A stretch of 64,000 nucleotides of DNA. Origin: an uncultured Bacilli bacterium (GTDB lineage: Bacteria > Bacillota_I > Bacilli_A > RFN20 > CAG-826). Shown here piece after piece: positions 49,501 to 61,429 of this stretch. Made by a program: the position numbers and the translations under genes. The stretch lies in the NCBI GenBank assembly GCA_944363525.1, contig CALVUF010000003.1, positions 42,306-106,305 on the forward strand. Direction: 5' to 3'. The notes under the pieces are model-generated. The model did no database searches. It saw only the letters and a list, made by a program, of their open reading frames with translations, and was not told where the DNA came from. The first letter of the stretch is position 1; the number at the start of each line of letters is the position of its first letter.

Positions 49501-50077
49501 CGATCGGGAGATAGTCGTAACGGGGCCGGTAGCCTTGTTTGACTAAATACCCATGTTCCTTCATTTCTTCATAAGGGATCGAGGAACGGGGGTGAGAACG
49601 GTAAAACTCGATGATGTAATCGGCTGGGACTAAATACACCTCATTTAGCAAATGCCAGTTGATCAGAAAGAAAGCGATGCCTTTTTGGGCGATGACCTTT
49701 TCCAAATGCTCGATTTGCTGCAAAGGGATATTGGCTAAAGGGAAAGAGGTTTTGGAACGGGTGCTTTTGGCCTCGAAGTCGATGTAATGGCCCTGGTAGA
49801 CCCCGTTGTAGTCGGTGGTCGATTGGGTTTGGAAGAAAGCCTCGGTGATCTTCGGCCCGTGGGCGTAATCGACTTTGACCGTTTGGATCGGGGTCGGGCG
49901 CTTAGTGATGAGGGCCAATCCTTTCTCGACGTAATAGTCGTTGCTTTGGTTGATCTCGGCCTCAAAATCCAACCCCCGGTTGCCAGGGGCGACTTTCAGA
50001 TGGAGCTTTTTGCCTTTGGGAATCTCGACTTTCGACACGGGCGGCTTCATCCCGCCGGGGTAATGGAACTCGCTCAT
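49463..50077 (-). CDS. recU: Holliday-junction resolvase RecU
   Basis: RecU family length (204 aa) with conserved YQGHYIDFEAKST catalytic region. Confidence 0.85.
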   Translation of the reverse strand: MSEFHYPGGMKPPVSKVEIPKGKKLHLKVAPGNRGLDFEAEINQSNDYYVEKGLALITKRPTPIQTVKVDYAHGPKITEAFFQTQSTTDYNGVYQGHYIDFEAKSTRSKTSFPLANIPLQQIEHLEKVIAQKGIAFFLINWHLLNEVYLVPADYIIEFYRSHPRSSIPYEEMKEHGYLVKQGYRPRYDYLPIVIEHFLNNDKTK

Positions 50078-50799
50078 GCTAAATCCTCTTTGACGAATTG
50101 CTCAAGCCGGGCTAAGTCGACCGATTCGCCATTGACGATGGCTTCGAGGGTCCTTCGCAAGGGATTGGGCCCTTTGTGGTAATAGGAGAGCATCTGAAGG
50201 TATTCCCGGATCACGATGTCTTCCCTTTCTAAGAACGCTTGGTAAAGGCGCAACAGGTTGGTCGCGTCGGTTAAGGCGTCATGGGCTTGGCCGATCTCGT
50301 TTAATTCGAATAGATTCAAGGCCTTCCCTTGGGATAAGGGGTTCCCGTCCTTGCCGGGGACGAAGCGATTAAGGAAGGATTCGAAATCGAAGATCCGGTG
50401 GGCCAAATCCCGAGCCATGATGATCGAGGAATCGAGGTTGGCTTCGGCCGAATTGATGAACATCTGGGCGTCCTGGGGGCCATAGGTGACGAATAAACAA
50501 GTGGGGTAATCGGCCCCGACATAGCGTTTCAGCATCTCCTGGGCCTTGGCAAAGCGGATGCCTTTCTTCTCGATTAAGCCTTCGGTGATGCCCGTCAGAT
50601 TGGAGACGAAAGCCCCGATCTTCTCCTTCGGCTTGACGTAGGTCTTGAACCCTTTGAACTGCTTTTTGATCTTCCCTTCTTCATCCAACAGGGCTTTGAC
50701 CGCCCCGATTTCGATGATCTCGTGGTGGATTTGGGTCGCTTCTACGTCGAGGAAGACCAAGCAGCGCCGTCCTCGGAGGGCTTTGAGGAGTTGTTTCAT
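50074..50799 (-). CDS. DEDDh 3'-5' exonuclease (DnaQ/KapD-like)
   Basis: Exo I motif VFLDVEAT and exo III motif HDALTDA. Confidence 0.75.
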   Translation of the reverse strand: MKQLLKALRGRRCLVFLDVEATQIHHEIIEIGAVKALLDEEGKIKKQFKGFKTYVKPKEKIGAFVSNLTGITEGLIEKKGIRFAKAQEMLKRYVGADYPTCLFVTYGPQDAQMFINSAEANLDSSIIMARDLAHRIFDFESFLNRFVPGKDGNPLSQGKALNLFELNEIGQAHDALTDATNLLRLYQAFLEREDIVIREYLQMLSYYHKGPNPLRRTLEAIVNGESVDLARLEQFVKEDLA

Positions 50800-50881
50800 T
50801 CCTTATTAAAATATCATAAACCGACCGGCGGGTTTATTGAATAAGCGAAAGGGGTTGAATATAATTCAACGCGGAGGATTT

Positions 50882-51241
50882 ATGGACGGGAACATCAAGC
50901 TCAATGCCAAAAAGATCCTCGAGAAGGTGTTCGTCCCCCATGGCCATGGCTATGACCCGGACGAAGTCGACGCCTATCTCGACGAAATTATCGCCGATTA
51001 CCAAAGCTTTGAGCGGTTCTACGCCGAGTCGAGCAAGTACATCGCCGAGCTCGAGACCTCGATGCGGAAATCTAGAGAAAGGATATCCGAACTCGAAGTC
51101 GAGAACGCCAAGATGAGCAAGCGGCTCGCCGGCATCAAGGAAGGCGATTCGGTCAGCAGCGAGAACATCGAGTACCTGAACCGGATCAGACGGCTGGAAA
51201 ACGCCCTCTACGCCAAAGGGATCGACCCGACCAAAATCTAA
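50882..51241 (+). CDS. gpsB: Cell-cycle protein GpsB (DivIVA-domain protein)
   Basis: KLNAKKILEKVF...GYDPDEVDAYLDEIIADYQSFE matches the GpsB/DivIVA N-terminal domain. A TTGAAT-17-TATAAT promoter (50842..50870) and GGAGGA RBS support the internal ATG start. Confidence 0.75.
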   Translation: MDGNIKLNAKKILEKVFVPHGHGYDPDEVDAYLDEIIADYQSFERFYAESSKYIAELETSMRKSRERISELEVENAKMSKRLAGIKEGDSVSSENIEYLNRIRRLENALYAKGIDPTKI

Positions 51242-51254
51242 CCAAACCAATATT

Positions 51255-51579
51255 CCGACCCGGACGACTGCTGCCGTAAGGTAGAGGAAAGTCCATGCTC
51301 GCACCGCCTGTGATGGCGGTAGTGATTGCGCTGAAGGAAGAAATAACTTCAGGTGCGCGGGAGCGCGCAACGGCGGACCAATCTCTCTAGCAGAAGGCGG
51401 TCCCTAAGGTGCCACAGAGACGAGCTTGATGGCGACATCAAGATGAAACGTTGGTAAACCCCACAAGCGAGAAACCCAAATTCGGTAGGGGAAGCGCCCA
51501 CGGCGAAACGAAGCCACGGGGGCCAGGCTTAGCCTGAGATAAATTGTCGTCCTCGACATAACATGGCTTACAGGGTCGG
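51255..51579 (+). ncRNA. rnpB: RNase P RNA (rnpB), type B (Firmicutes-type), compact
   Basis: GGTAGAGGAAAGTCCATGCTCGCAC matches the B. subtilis rnpB P4 region. GTGCCACAGAGACGA...GGTAAACCCCACAAGCGAGAAACCCAAATTCGGTAGGGGAA matches the P10-P12/P4 3' strand. The P1 helix is CCGACCC...GGGTCGG. It lies between gpsB and pgsA as in B. subtilis. Confidence 0.88.
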
Positions 51580-51602
51580 AAACTCATGATAGGTAATTGC
51601 AT

Positions 51603-52232
51603 ATGAACATCCCAACCAAGATCACCTGCGCCCGCATCGCCCTCGTGGTGGCCTTATTGATCGGCCTCTTCGTCGTCTCGGTCATCCCCGACCTCGAAGT
51701 CCCGACTTACGGCGGGGTCAACTTGGTCAACCTCATCGCCGCCTTGGTGTTCATGCTCGCCTCAACCACCGATTTCCTCGATGGCTATTTGGCGAGGAAA
51801 TGGAAACAGGTCACCAATTTAGGGAAGTTCCTCGATCCGGTGGCCGATAAGATGCTGGTCGACTCGATGCTCATCTTCTTCGTCTTCCCTTGGTCCTATG
51901 CCCCGGAGCAGACGCTCTTCATCCCGGTTTTCTGCGTCATCATCATGGTCGTCCGCGATTTGGTGGTCGACGCCATCCGCTTCATCGCCGCCCAAAAGGG
52001 CCAGGTTGTGGCGGCCAATATCTTCGGCAAGCTCAAGACCGTCTCCCAGATGATCGCCATCCCGGTCATCATGCTCAATGGCTGGCCGTTCTCCTATTTC
52101 GATTCGTCCTGGGCGGCGGGTTTACGGATCGGCTCTTGGCTCATTTACCTCGCCACTTTCTTCTCGGCCATGTCCGGGATCATCTACGTCATCCAGAACC
52201 GCTCGGTTTTGAAGGAGGATAGGAAACAATGA
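51603..52232 (+). CDS. pgsA: CDP-diacylglycerol--glycerol-3-phosphate 3-phosphatidyltransferase
   Basis: CDP-alcohol phosphatidyltransferase motif DFLDGYLARKW...G..LDPVADK. pgsA-cinA-recA synteny. Confidence 0.9.
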   Translation: MNIPTKITCARIALVVALLIGLFVVSVIPDLEVPTYGGVNLVNLIAALVFMLASTTDFLDGYLARKWKQVTNLGKFLDPVADKMLVDSMLIFFVFPWSYAPEQTLFIPVFCVIIMVVRDLVVDAIRFIAAQKGQVVAANIFGKLKTVSQMIAIPVIMLNGWPFSYFDSSWAAGLRIGSWLIYLATFFSAMSGIIYVIQNRSVLKEDRKQ

Positions 52233-52714
52233 CCGCGCCCGACCTATTAGCCTTATTGAAAGCCAACCATTTGACTATTGGCTCCGTCGAATCGTTGACC
52301 GGGGGCTTATTCGCCTCCACCCTTTGCGAGATTCCGGGGGCCAGCGATGCCTTCGTGGGCGGGTTGGTGACCTATACCGCCAAGGAGAAAGTTGCCTTAG
52401 CCCATGTCGATCCCTATCTAATTGAACGGAAAGGCGTAGTGAGCGCCGACGTCGCGACCGCGATGGCTAGTGGGGGAAAGGCCGCCCTCGGGGTCGATAT
52501 CTGCGTTTCCTGCACCGGCAATGCCGGGCCGAGCGAGGAAAAAGGCGGGGCTGGCGTCGGGACCGTCTATCTTGGCCTGGCCTATAAAAACGTCGTCTAC
52601 TGCGCCCCGCTCCACCTTCAGGGCGAGCGGAACCAGATAAGAAAACAGACCGTCGAGACCATGATCGACTTCGTCGGATCGCTTTTCGCCAAAGTCGAGA
52701 TTAAAAATAAGTGA
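52229..52714 (+). CDS. cinA: CinA C-terminal domain protein (NMN amidohydrolase PncC-like)
   Basis: LTIGSVESLTGGLFASTLCEIPGAS signature of the CinA_C domain. Only the C-terminal domain is present (161 aa). Confidence 0.85.
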   Translation: MTAPDLLALLKANHLTIGSVESLTGGLFASTLCEIPGASDAFVGGLVTYTAKEKVALAHVDPYLIERKGVVSADVATAMASGGKAALGVDICVSCTGNAGPSEEKGGAGVGTVYLGLAYKNVVYCAPLHLQGERNQIRKQTVETMIDFVGSLFAKVEIKNK

Positions 52715-52770
52715 CGATTTGGATTTTCCCGTCTACATATTCATTAGGGGTAAATTAGGAGACAACACAA

Positions 52771-53784
52771 ATGGCAAACGAAACACAGGACACTCGCCTC
52801 AAAGCCTTGGACGACGCCCTCAAGATCATCGAGAAGACCTATGGCAAGGGGGCGGTCATGTCGCTTGGCGAACGGCCAAAGGTCGATTGCGACGTCATCC
52901 CGACCGGCTCGATCCTCCTCGACCAAGCCTTAGGCGTCGGCGGCTATCCCAAGGGTCGGATCATCGAGATTTATGGACCTGAATCCTCGGGCAAAACCAC
53001 TTTGGCCCTCGAAGCCATCGCCGAAGCCCAGAAAAAGGGCGGAAGGGCCGCCTTTATCGACGCCGAGCAGGCAATCGATCCGGATTACGCCGCCAAACTC
53101 GGGGTCAACATCGACGAGCTCATCCTCTCCCAGCCCGATTCGGGCGAACAGGCCCTCGAGATCTGTGAGATGCTCGCCACCTCCGGGGCGATCGACGTCA
53201 TCGTCGTCGACTCGGTCGCGGCCTTGGTCCCCCAAGCCGAACTCGAAGGGGTCATGACCGATAACCAGGTTGGGCTTCAAGCCCGCTTGATGTCGAAAGG
53301 GCTCCGGAAGATCGCCGGCATCCTCAACAAGACCGGCACCGTCGTCATCTTCATCAACCAGCTCCGGGAGAAAGTCGGGGTCGTCTATGGCAATCCGGAA
53401 GTCACCACCGGCGGTCGGGCCTTGAAGTTCTACGCCTCGATCCGGATCGACATCCGCCGGGCCGAAGCCATCAAGCAAGGGTCGGAAATCGTCGGCAACA
53501 CCGTCAAGATCAAAGTGGTCAAGAACAAGGTGGCGCCGCCGTTCAAGTCCTGCGTCGTCGATATGATCTATGGCCAGGGCATATCGAAGTATGGTGAGAT
53601 CCTCGACCTCGGCGAGGAGTTTGGCCTGCTCAAGAAATCCGGCAACTGGTATGAGCTTAACGGCAACAAGATCGGCAATGGCCGGGAAGCGGCGAAAGCA
53701 TATCTTAAGGAGCATACCGATGAATGCGCCGCCCTCGAAGCCAAGGTTCGGGAAGCGGTCAAAACCGGCGAAGTGCAGAAATAA
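52771..53784 (+). CDS. recA: Recombinase RecA
   Basis: Walker [10 protein letters not shown] and the L1/L2 loops. It is followed by the terminator ACGGGGC-ttcg-GCCCCGT + T-run at 53787..53815. Confidence 0.97.
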   Translation: MANETQDTRLKALDDALKIIEKTYGKGAVMSLGERPKVDCDVIPTGSILLDQALGVGGYPKGRIIEIYGPESSGKTTLALEAIAEAQKKGGRAAFIDAEQAIDPDYAAKLGVNIDELILSQPDSGEQALEICEMLATSGAIDVIVVDSVAALVPQAELEGVMTDNQVGLQARLMSKGLRKIAGILNKTGTVVIFINQLREKVGVVYGNPEVTTGGRALKFYASIRIDIRRAEAIKQGSEIVGNTVKIKVVKNKVAPPFKSCVVDMIYGQGISKYGEILDLGEEFGLLKKSGNWYELNGNKIGNGREAAKAYLKEHTDECAALEAKVREAVKTGEVQK

Positions 53785-53786
53785 GC

Positions 53787-53815
53787 TCACGGGGCTTCGG
53801 CCCCGTTTTCTTATT
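53787..53815 (+). terminator. Rho-independent terminator after recA
   Basis: Perfect 7-bp GC-rich stem, tetraloop TTCG, then TTTTCTTATT. Confidence 0.8.
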
Positions 53816-54122
53816 CGTCGCAATTCGCGTATAAATACGCAAAAAGCCAATCATTTACACGATTTATCCATCCTATTCCTTGCAAAAAGCCTATGATTTT
53901 ACAGATTTTGCTTTTTGATATGCGCTGTTATTGGCTGGGCGAGAAATTAGACGTTAAAGAGTGTTAAAAAACCTTTCGTCAAGCACCATCTTTATTGGTA
54001 AAATACGCTCGTGCCTAAGGTACAAACCCCTTGTTCGATGGCCGTCAGGCTGAAGATATAAAGAGTTGTCCGCTTTCGTGAAGCAGCGTAATCGTGCCCT
54101 GGGCCCATAAGGAGCTAATTTC

Positions 54123-55703
<1,581 letters not shown>

Positions 55704-55706
55704 ACC

Positions 55707-56528
55707 ATGCGAGTCCTTTTCTTAGGCGACGTCGTCGGGCCGATTGGCCTCCAAGCCGTGGAGACCCTCCTCCCTTCGCTTAAGGAAAGGCTTTCGCCGC
55801 ATCTAAGCATCGTCAACGGGGAGAACGCCTCCAAGGGGCGGGGCTTAACCAGGGCCGACTATAACCGGCTGAAAGGGGCCGGGGCCGACGTCATCACCTT
55901 AGGCAACCATTTCCTCGATAAGAAGCAGATTTCCTCCTTCATCGACGATTGCCCTGATTTGCTTCGGCCGGTCAATTCCTCTGATTATTCAAAAGGACAA
56001 GGGGTTGGGGTCTATGAAACCTCAGCCGGGCCAATTGCCGTCATCTCGGTCCTCTTGCCGGCCTTCGTTCAAAATAAAGTCGATAACCCGTTTGAAGTGG
56101 TCGAGAAATTGCTGCCGGATTTACCGCCAGTCCGCATCATTGACCTCCATGGCGAATCGACTTCCGAGAAACAGCTTTTCCATCATTACTTCCGTGGGAA
56201 GTGCTCGGCGATACTCGGTACCCATACCCATGTCATGACCGCCGATGCGGATATAAAAGACGGAACGGCGTTTATGGCTGACGTCGGGATGTGCGGGGAA
56301 GCCGATTCGATCATCGGCGTCGATCCCGATAGCGCCATCCGCCGGATCATCAAACAAGACGGGGCCCATTTCCATTGCAATGAAACCGGGGTTTCTTTGC
56401 TTTGCGGGGCCTATTTAGAAATCGAAGCGAATGGGAAGGCGAATAAAATACTCCCCTTCCGCTTCCTTGACCATAAGGAGATTGCCTATGAGCCGTTGCC
56501 AAATCATATCGTTGCCGGACTTGACTAA
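55707..56528 (+). CDS. ymdB: Metallophosphoesterase YmdB (2',3'-cyclic nucleotide phosphodiesterase family)
   Basis: MRVLFLGDVVG...GENASKGRG...ITLGNH calcineurin-like motifs. Immediately after rny as in Bacillus. Confidence 0.9.
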   Translation: MRVLFLGDVVGPIGLQAVETLLPSLKERLSPHLSIVNGENASKGRGLTRADYNRLKGAGADVITLGNHFLDKKQISSFIDDCPDLLRPVNSSDYSKGQGVGVYETSAGPIAVISVLLPAFVQNKVDNPFEVVEKLLPDLPPVRIIDLHGESTSEKQLFHHYFRGKCSAILGTHTHVMTADADIKDGTAFMADVGMCGEADSIIGVDPDSAIRRIIKQDGAHFHCNETGVSLLCGAYLEIEANGKANKILPFRFLDHKEIAYEPLPNHIVAGLD

Positions 56529-58227
56529 AGCCCGGAATCGCCAGGATGGGGCCTCGATCAAATACGATGAGGCCGTCTATAGCGAGGCCTTGAAACAGTT
56601 CGCTAATGGCCGTAAATACCTGGTCAAGACTTTCGGCTGCCAAGGCAATGTCCGGGATGAGGAGATCATCTCCGGTTATTTGGAGAAGGCCGGCTTTACC
56701 AAAACCAGCGACGAGAAAGAAGCCAACCTCGTCATCATCAATACTTGCGCCGTCCGGGAAAACGCCGAAGACAAGGTCTATGGCGAGATCGGCAAGTTCA
56801 AGGGCAACACCAAAGCCGACAAGAACTTCATCCTCGGCGTCTGCGGCTGCATGATGCAGGAGGAGAAGAAGGCCGAGAGCCTGATCAAGACCTACCCTTT
56901 CATCAAACTCATCTTCGGGACCCATAACATCGCTGACCTCCCTTCGATGCTCGATCGGATCATTTCTAGCGGGCATGGCCTCGTCGACGTCATCTCCTAT
57001 CCGGGCGACGTCATTGAGAACTTACCCTCGATCCGGCTTGATCCTTACAAAGCCTTCGTCAACATCTCCTATGGCTGCGATAAGTTCTGCACTTATTGCA
57101 TAGTCCCCTATACCCGGGGACGGGAAAGAAGCCGGCCGCTGCAATCGATACTAGATGAATGCCGGAAGCTGGTGGAGGATGGTTATCAAGAGATCACCCT
57201 TTTAGGCCAGAATGTGAACTCCTATGGAAAGGATTTCCATGACGGGACCAACTTCGCGACCGTCTTGGAGGAAGTGGCGAAGCTCGGGATCCCTCGGCTC
57301 CGCTTCACCACCTCCCATCCCTGGGATTTCTCCTTGGATATGCTCGATGTCATCGCCAAGTATCCCAACATCATGAAGTGCATCCATCTCCCCGTCCAAA
57401 GCGGTTCGACCGCGGTCCTCCGCCAAATGGGGCGGCGGTATACTCGGGAGCAATATTTAGAATTGGTCAAAGCCATCCGGGAAAGAATGCCCGGCTGCGC
57501 TATCACGACCGATATTATCGTCGGCTTCCCCAATGAGACCGAGGAGCAATTCGCCGAGACTTTGACCCTCTGCGAGGAAGTCAAATATGACGCCGCCTTC
57601 ACCTTCATTTATTCTCCGCGGGCCGGGACCCCGGCGGCTAAGATGGTCGATAACGTTTCCGATGAGGTGAAGCACGAACGGTTTAATCGCCTCCTCAAAG
57701 TCGTCGAGGCCGGGGTCATTTATCACTCCTCCCAAATGGTCGGGAAGGTTTACGATGTCCTAGTCGATGGGCCGAGCAAGAAAAACGAGGACATCCTGTG
57801 CGGCTATACCGAATCGAATAAGCTGGTCAACTTCCCGGGCCCGAGCTACCTCAAGGGCCATATCGTCAAGGTCAAGATCGTGGAGGACCATGCTTTCTCG
57901 ATGCTTGGCGAACTCCAAGACGACCCGGTCGAGGTCTTATTGAAATCGGCTAAAGGGAAGTTGGCGAAAGAGCCGGCTTATATCGAATACCTCGCGGCAA
58001 AAAAAGCCTATGAGGAAGACGCGGAACTCCAAGCCAATCTCAAGGCCAAAGAAGCGGCCCAAAAGGCCTTAGCCTTATCGATGGGAACCGATGAATATGA
58101 TGCAAAGAAAGCGGCTTTTGCGGCCCTTTCGGAACTAGTTGAGAATAATCCTAATTACATCAATTTGGTGTCCGCGACCGCCGATCTGCGGGCTTTATTC
58201 GTGGAAATGAAGGCTATTCTCCAATGA
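56488..58227 (+). CDS. miaB: tRNA-i6A37 methylthiotransferase MiaB (radical SAM + TRAM)
   Basis: MTTase N-domain cysteines (KTFGCQGN...NTCAV), radical SAM motif CDKFCTYC and a TRAM domain. AAGGAGA RBS precedes the ATG. It overlaps the ymdB 3' end, and the C-terminal ~100 aa form an extra tail. Confidence 0.85.
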   Translation: MSRCQIISLPDLTKARNRQDGASIKYDEAVYSEALKQFANGRKYLVKTFGCQGNVRDEEIISGYLEKAGFTKTSDEKEANLVIINTCAVRENAEDKVYGEIGKFKGNTKADKNFILGVCGCMMQEEKKAESLIKTYPFIKLIFGTHNIADLPSMLDRIISSGHGLVDVISYPGDVIENLPSIRLDPYKAFVNISYGCDKFCTYCIVPYTRGRERSRPLQSILDECRKLVEDGYQEITLLGQNVNSYGKDFHDGTNFATVLEEVAKLGIPRLRFTTSHPWDFSLDMLDVIAKYPNIMKCIHLPVQSGSTAVLRQMGRRYTREQYLELVKAIRERMPGCAITTDIIVGFPNETEEQFAETLTLCEEVKYDAAFTFIYSPRAGTPAAKMVDNVSDEVKHERFNRLLKVVEAGVIYHSSQMVGKVYDVLVDGPSKKNEDILCGYTESNKLVNFPGPSYLKGHIVKVKIVEDHAFSMLGELQDDPVEVLLKSAKGKLAKEPAYIEYLAAKKAYEEDAELQANLKAKEAAQKALALSMGTDEYDAKKAAFAALSELVENNPNYINLVSATADLRALFVEMKAILQ

Positions 58228-59096
58228 TCATCGTCTTAACTGGGGTCACCGGCTCAGGCAAAAGCGAGCTGGCGATTCGCTTGGCGCACAAGCTCAATGC
58301 CGGCATCGTCAATGCCGACGCCTTTCAGGTATATGAGGAGCTCAATATCGCCACCGCTAAGCCGACGCCGGAAATGATGATGGAAGCCCCGCATTTTCTT
58401 TTCGATTTCATCCCCCTTACTTCGACCTATTCGGTGGCGGAGTACCAAGAGGATCTTCGCTCGGCCATCGCCACCTTAGAGAAGCAAGGTAAAAACGTCA
58501 TTATCGCCGGCGGGACGGGGCTTTATATCCGGGCTGGGCTTTACGATTATGAATTCCCGACGTTGCCGGAAGTCGATCTCTCATCCTATGAAGCCTTAGA
58601 TGACCAAAACCTATATCAATCGGCCTTGCAGCTTGATGAAGCGGAAGCCAAGACCATCCATCCCCATAACCGGGTTCGCTTGCTTCGGCTGATAGAGATG
58701 GCTTTAGGTGGGCAAAAGAAAAGCGAGATCAAATCCTCCCAGATCCATAAACCGATCTATGATGTCCATTTCTTTGGGCTGGAGGTTGACCGGGAGGATA
58801 TTTATATCCGGGTTGAGAAGCGGGTCGATAAGATGTTTCAGCTCGGTTTAGTCGAGGAGAACCGCCGTCTCGTCGAGAAATATGGCCGTGATTGCCAAGC
58901 CTTCCGGGCTATCGGGGTTAAAGAACTCTTCCCTTATTTCGATGGGAAGATCACCTTGGAGCAAGCCAAAGACGACATCAAGAAGAACACCCGTCATTAC
59001 GTCAAACGGCAGGAAACCTTCTTCCGTCATCAATTCCCCATCGTTTGGGCCAAAACCAAGGAGGATATCCTGAATGGCTTATCCATCGTTGTTTGA
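58224..59096 (+). CDS. miaA: tRNA dimethylallyltransferase MiaA
   Basis: P-loop LTGVTGSGKS and IPT family features. Confidence 0.92.
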   Translation: MIIVLTGVTGSGKSELAIRLAHKLNAGIVNADAFQVYEELNIATAKPTPEMMMEAPHFLFDFIPLTSTYSVAEYQEDLRSAIATLEKQGKNVIIAGGTGLYIRAGLYDYEFPTLPEVDLSSYEALDDQNLYQSALQLDEAEAKTIHPHNRVRLLRLIEMALGGQKKSEIKSSQIHKPIYDVHFFGLEVDREDIYIRVEKRVDKMFQLGLVEENRRLVEKYGRDCQAFRAIGVKELFPYFDGKITLEQAKDDIKKNTRHYVKRQETFFRHQFPIVWAKTKEDILNGLSIVV

Positions 59097-59772
59097 TCGG
59101 ACCATCCAACTGTTGGGGGAAGATGGCTTTAACAAACTTCGCCAAGCCAAAGTCGCAATCATTGGTTTAGGTGGGGTCGGCGGGACTTGCTTTATGTGCT
59201 TGTTTCGAAGCGGCGTCTCCTCTTTCCTTTTAATGGATGGGGATGAGGTGAGCGAAAGCAACCTCAACCGCCAGATCCTTTATTCGCCTTCCGATATTGG
59301 AAAAAAGAAAGTCGAGGCGGCTTATGCCTACGCCAGCCCATATTTGGCCGAAGGGGCTTCCGTTGATTTAAAGCCATATCGATTAATGCCAGGGGATATC
59401 GATAACTATGGGCTCGATCAGTATGAAGCCGTCATCGATTGCATCGACGATGTGCCGGCGAAAGTCGCTTTAGCCGAGTATTGCGTGAACCATGATATCC
59501 CTTTATTGATGTCGCTAGGGATGGGGAATCGGCTTGATCCAACCAAGGTCGGATTGACCTCTTTGGATAAGACCTCGGGCTGCCCCTTGGCCCGGAAAGT
59601 CCGTTATGAATTGAGGAAGCAGAAGGTAGATATAAGTAAGATCAGTGTCGCCTTTTCCACCGAAGAACCATTAAAGAAAGGCCCGGTTCCGGCCTCGATC
59701 ATGACTGTTCCCTCTTCGGCTGGATTAGCCTTAGCCTACCAAGCGATGAAGATTTTGCTCTTCAAAAAGTGA
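59074..59772 (+). CDS. tcdA: tRNA threonylcarbamoyladenosine dehydratase (ThiF/MoeB-like E1 fold, TcdA/CsdL)
   Basis: Rossmann motif VAIIGLGGVGG and TcdA-like length (232 aa). Confidence 0.8.
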   Translation: MAYPSLFDRTIQLLGEDGFNKLRQAKVAIIGLGGVGGTCFMCLFRSGVSSFLLMDGDEVSESNLNRQILYSPSDIGKKKVEAAYAYASPYLAEGASVDLKPYRLMPGDIDNYGLDQYEAVIDCIDDVPAKVALAEYCVNHDIPLLMSLGMGNRLDPTKVGLTSLDKTSGCPLARKVRYELRKQKVDISKISVAFSTEEPLKKGPVPASIMTVPSSAGLALAYQAMKILLFKK

Positions 59773-59809
59773 TTTGGGGGTAAACTTCCCTCAGCGAGGT
59801 ATATATCCG

Positions 59810-61429
59810 ATGGGACTTTTGCAGATTAACGAAGTGGCTAAACGCGCGGGTATCGAGGAAAACTTCCTTATTCCCTATGGCCGGGATAAGGCTAAGATCG
59901 ATCCGGCGATTTATAAGAGGTTAGAAGAAAATAAGGACGGAAAGCTAGTTTTGGTGACCGCGATCACCCCGACTAAAGCCGGAGAAGGGAAGACCACCGC
60001 CTCGATCGCTTTATCGATGGGGATGGGACGGATTGGCCAGAAAGCCCTCCTTTGCTTACGGGAGCCGTCTTTAGGGCCGGTGTTCGGCTTAAAAGGCGGG
60101 GCAACCGGGGGCGGCAAAGCGACGGTGGAACCAGCCGAAGACATCAACCTTCATTTCACCGGCGATATGCACGCCTTGACCTCATCCATTAACTTAATAT
60201 CAGCCGTCATCGAGAACTCGTTATATCAAGGCAATCCGCTCCATATCGATCCTAATCGCATCGTCTGGAAACGCTCATTGGATATCAACGACCGTTCCTT
60301 ACGGGAGATTACCGTGGCCTTAGGCGATAAAAAGGGCACTCCCCATCAAAGTTCCTTCTGCATCACCGTCGCCAGCGAATTGATGGCTATCCTTTGCCTT
60401 GCTAAAGATGAAGAGGATTTCCTCACTCGGTTAGGCCGGATAACGGTCGCTTTTGACCTTGCGGGCAAACCTTTGACCGTCGCCGATTTCCATATCACCC
60501 ACGCGGTCATGAAGCTGATGAAGATGGCGTTGCTTCCCAATCTCGTCCAGACCGCCGAAGGGAATCCGGTTCTGATCCATGGCGGGCCTTTTGCCAACAT
60601 CGCCCATGGGTGCAATTCCTTAATCGCCACCAAGTTAGCATTGAAGTTATCGCCTCTAGTAATTACCGAAGCCGGCTTTGGGGCGGATTTAGGGGCTGAG
60701 AAGTTCCTCGATATCGCTTGTCAGGAAGGGAATCTCCATCCCGACTGCGCCGTCCTCGTCGCCACCATCCGGGCCTTGAAGATGCATGGCGGCGTCCCTT
60801 TTGATGAATTGGATAAGCCCAATGTCGATGCCTTAATGACTGGGATGGCGAATCTTGATAAGCATTATGCCAACCTTTCCCTTTACGGGATGCCGGTCGT
60901 GGTAGCCATCAACCATTTCGCCACCGATTCGGAAGAAGAGATCCAAGCCTTGAAAGAGCATTGCCGGAAGCGGGGCTATGCCTATGCTTTCCTCGATGGC
61001 TTCCTAAAAGGCGGAGAAGGCTCGATCGAATTGGCTCGGCTGGTTCAAAAGACTTTGGCCGAGAATCCTCATAGCCATTTCCATCCTCTTTATGACCGGA
61101 AAGAGCCGATCAAGACAAAGATCGAACGGATCGCTAAAACCATTTATGGGGCTGATGGGTTCGATTATTCCGATACAGCGGAATCGAAGCTGTTGGTCGT
61201 TTCCTCTCTAGGCTTAGATGAGGCTTATGTCTGCATGGCCAAGACCCCGAATTCCTTATCCGATGATCCGAAGAAACTCGGGGTACCGAAAGGATTCCGG
61301 ATTCAGGTTCGGGATATAGATTTCGCTTCCGGAGCCAACTTCGTCATCCCTCTTTGCGGGTCGATTTTGACCATGCCGGGTCTCCCTAAGATTCCGGCAG
61401 CGGTCAAAATGGAGGATAAACCATGGTGA
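59810..61429 (+). CDS. fhs: Formate--tetrahydrofolate ligase
   Basis: TPTKAGEGKTTASIALS P-loop and FTHFS family conservation throughout. Start placed at MGLLQINEVAKR, which has a GAGGT SD upstream. Confidence 0.93.
   Translation: MGLLQINEVAKRAGIEENFLIPYGRDKAKIDPAIYKRLEENKDGKLVLVTAITPTKAGEGKTTASIALSMGMGRIGQKALLCLREPSLGPVFGLKGGATGGGKATVEPAEDINLHFTGDMHALTSSINLISAVIENSLYQGNPLHIDPNRIVWKRSLDINDRSLREITVALGDKKGTPHQSSFCITVASELMAILCLAKDEEDFLTRLGRITVAFDLAGKPLTVADFHITHAVMKLMKMALLPNLVQTAEGNPVLIHGGPFANIAHGCNSLIATKLALKLSPLVITEAGFGADLGAEKFLDIACQEGNLHPDCAVLVATIRALKMHGGVPFDELDKPNVDALMTGMANLDKHYANLSLYGMPVVVAINHFATDSEEEIQALKEHCRKRGYAYAFLDGFLKGGEGSIELARLVQKTLAENPHSHFHPLYDRKEPIKTKIERIAKTIYGADGFDYSDTAESKLLVVSSLGLDEAYVCMAKTPNSLSDDPKKLGVPKGFRIQVRDIDFASGANFVIPLCGSILTMPGLPKIPAAVKMEDKPW

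Noticed and set aside
50837-50881. Upstream ATG start for gpsB (MNKRKGLNIIQRGGF...)
   Set aside because: The region contains a TTGAAT-17-TATAAT promoter and the GGAGGA SD for the internal ATG at 50882. GpsB homology begins at the internal Met.
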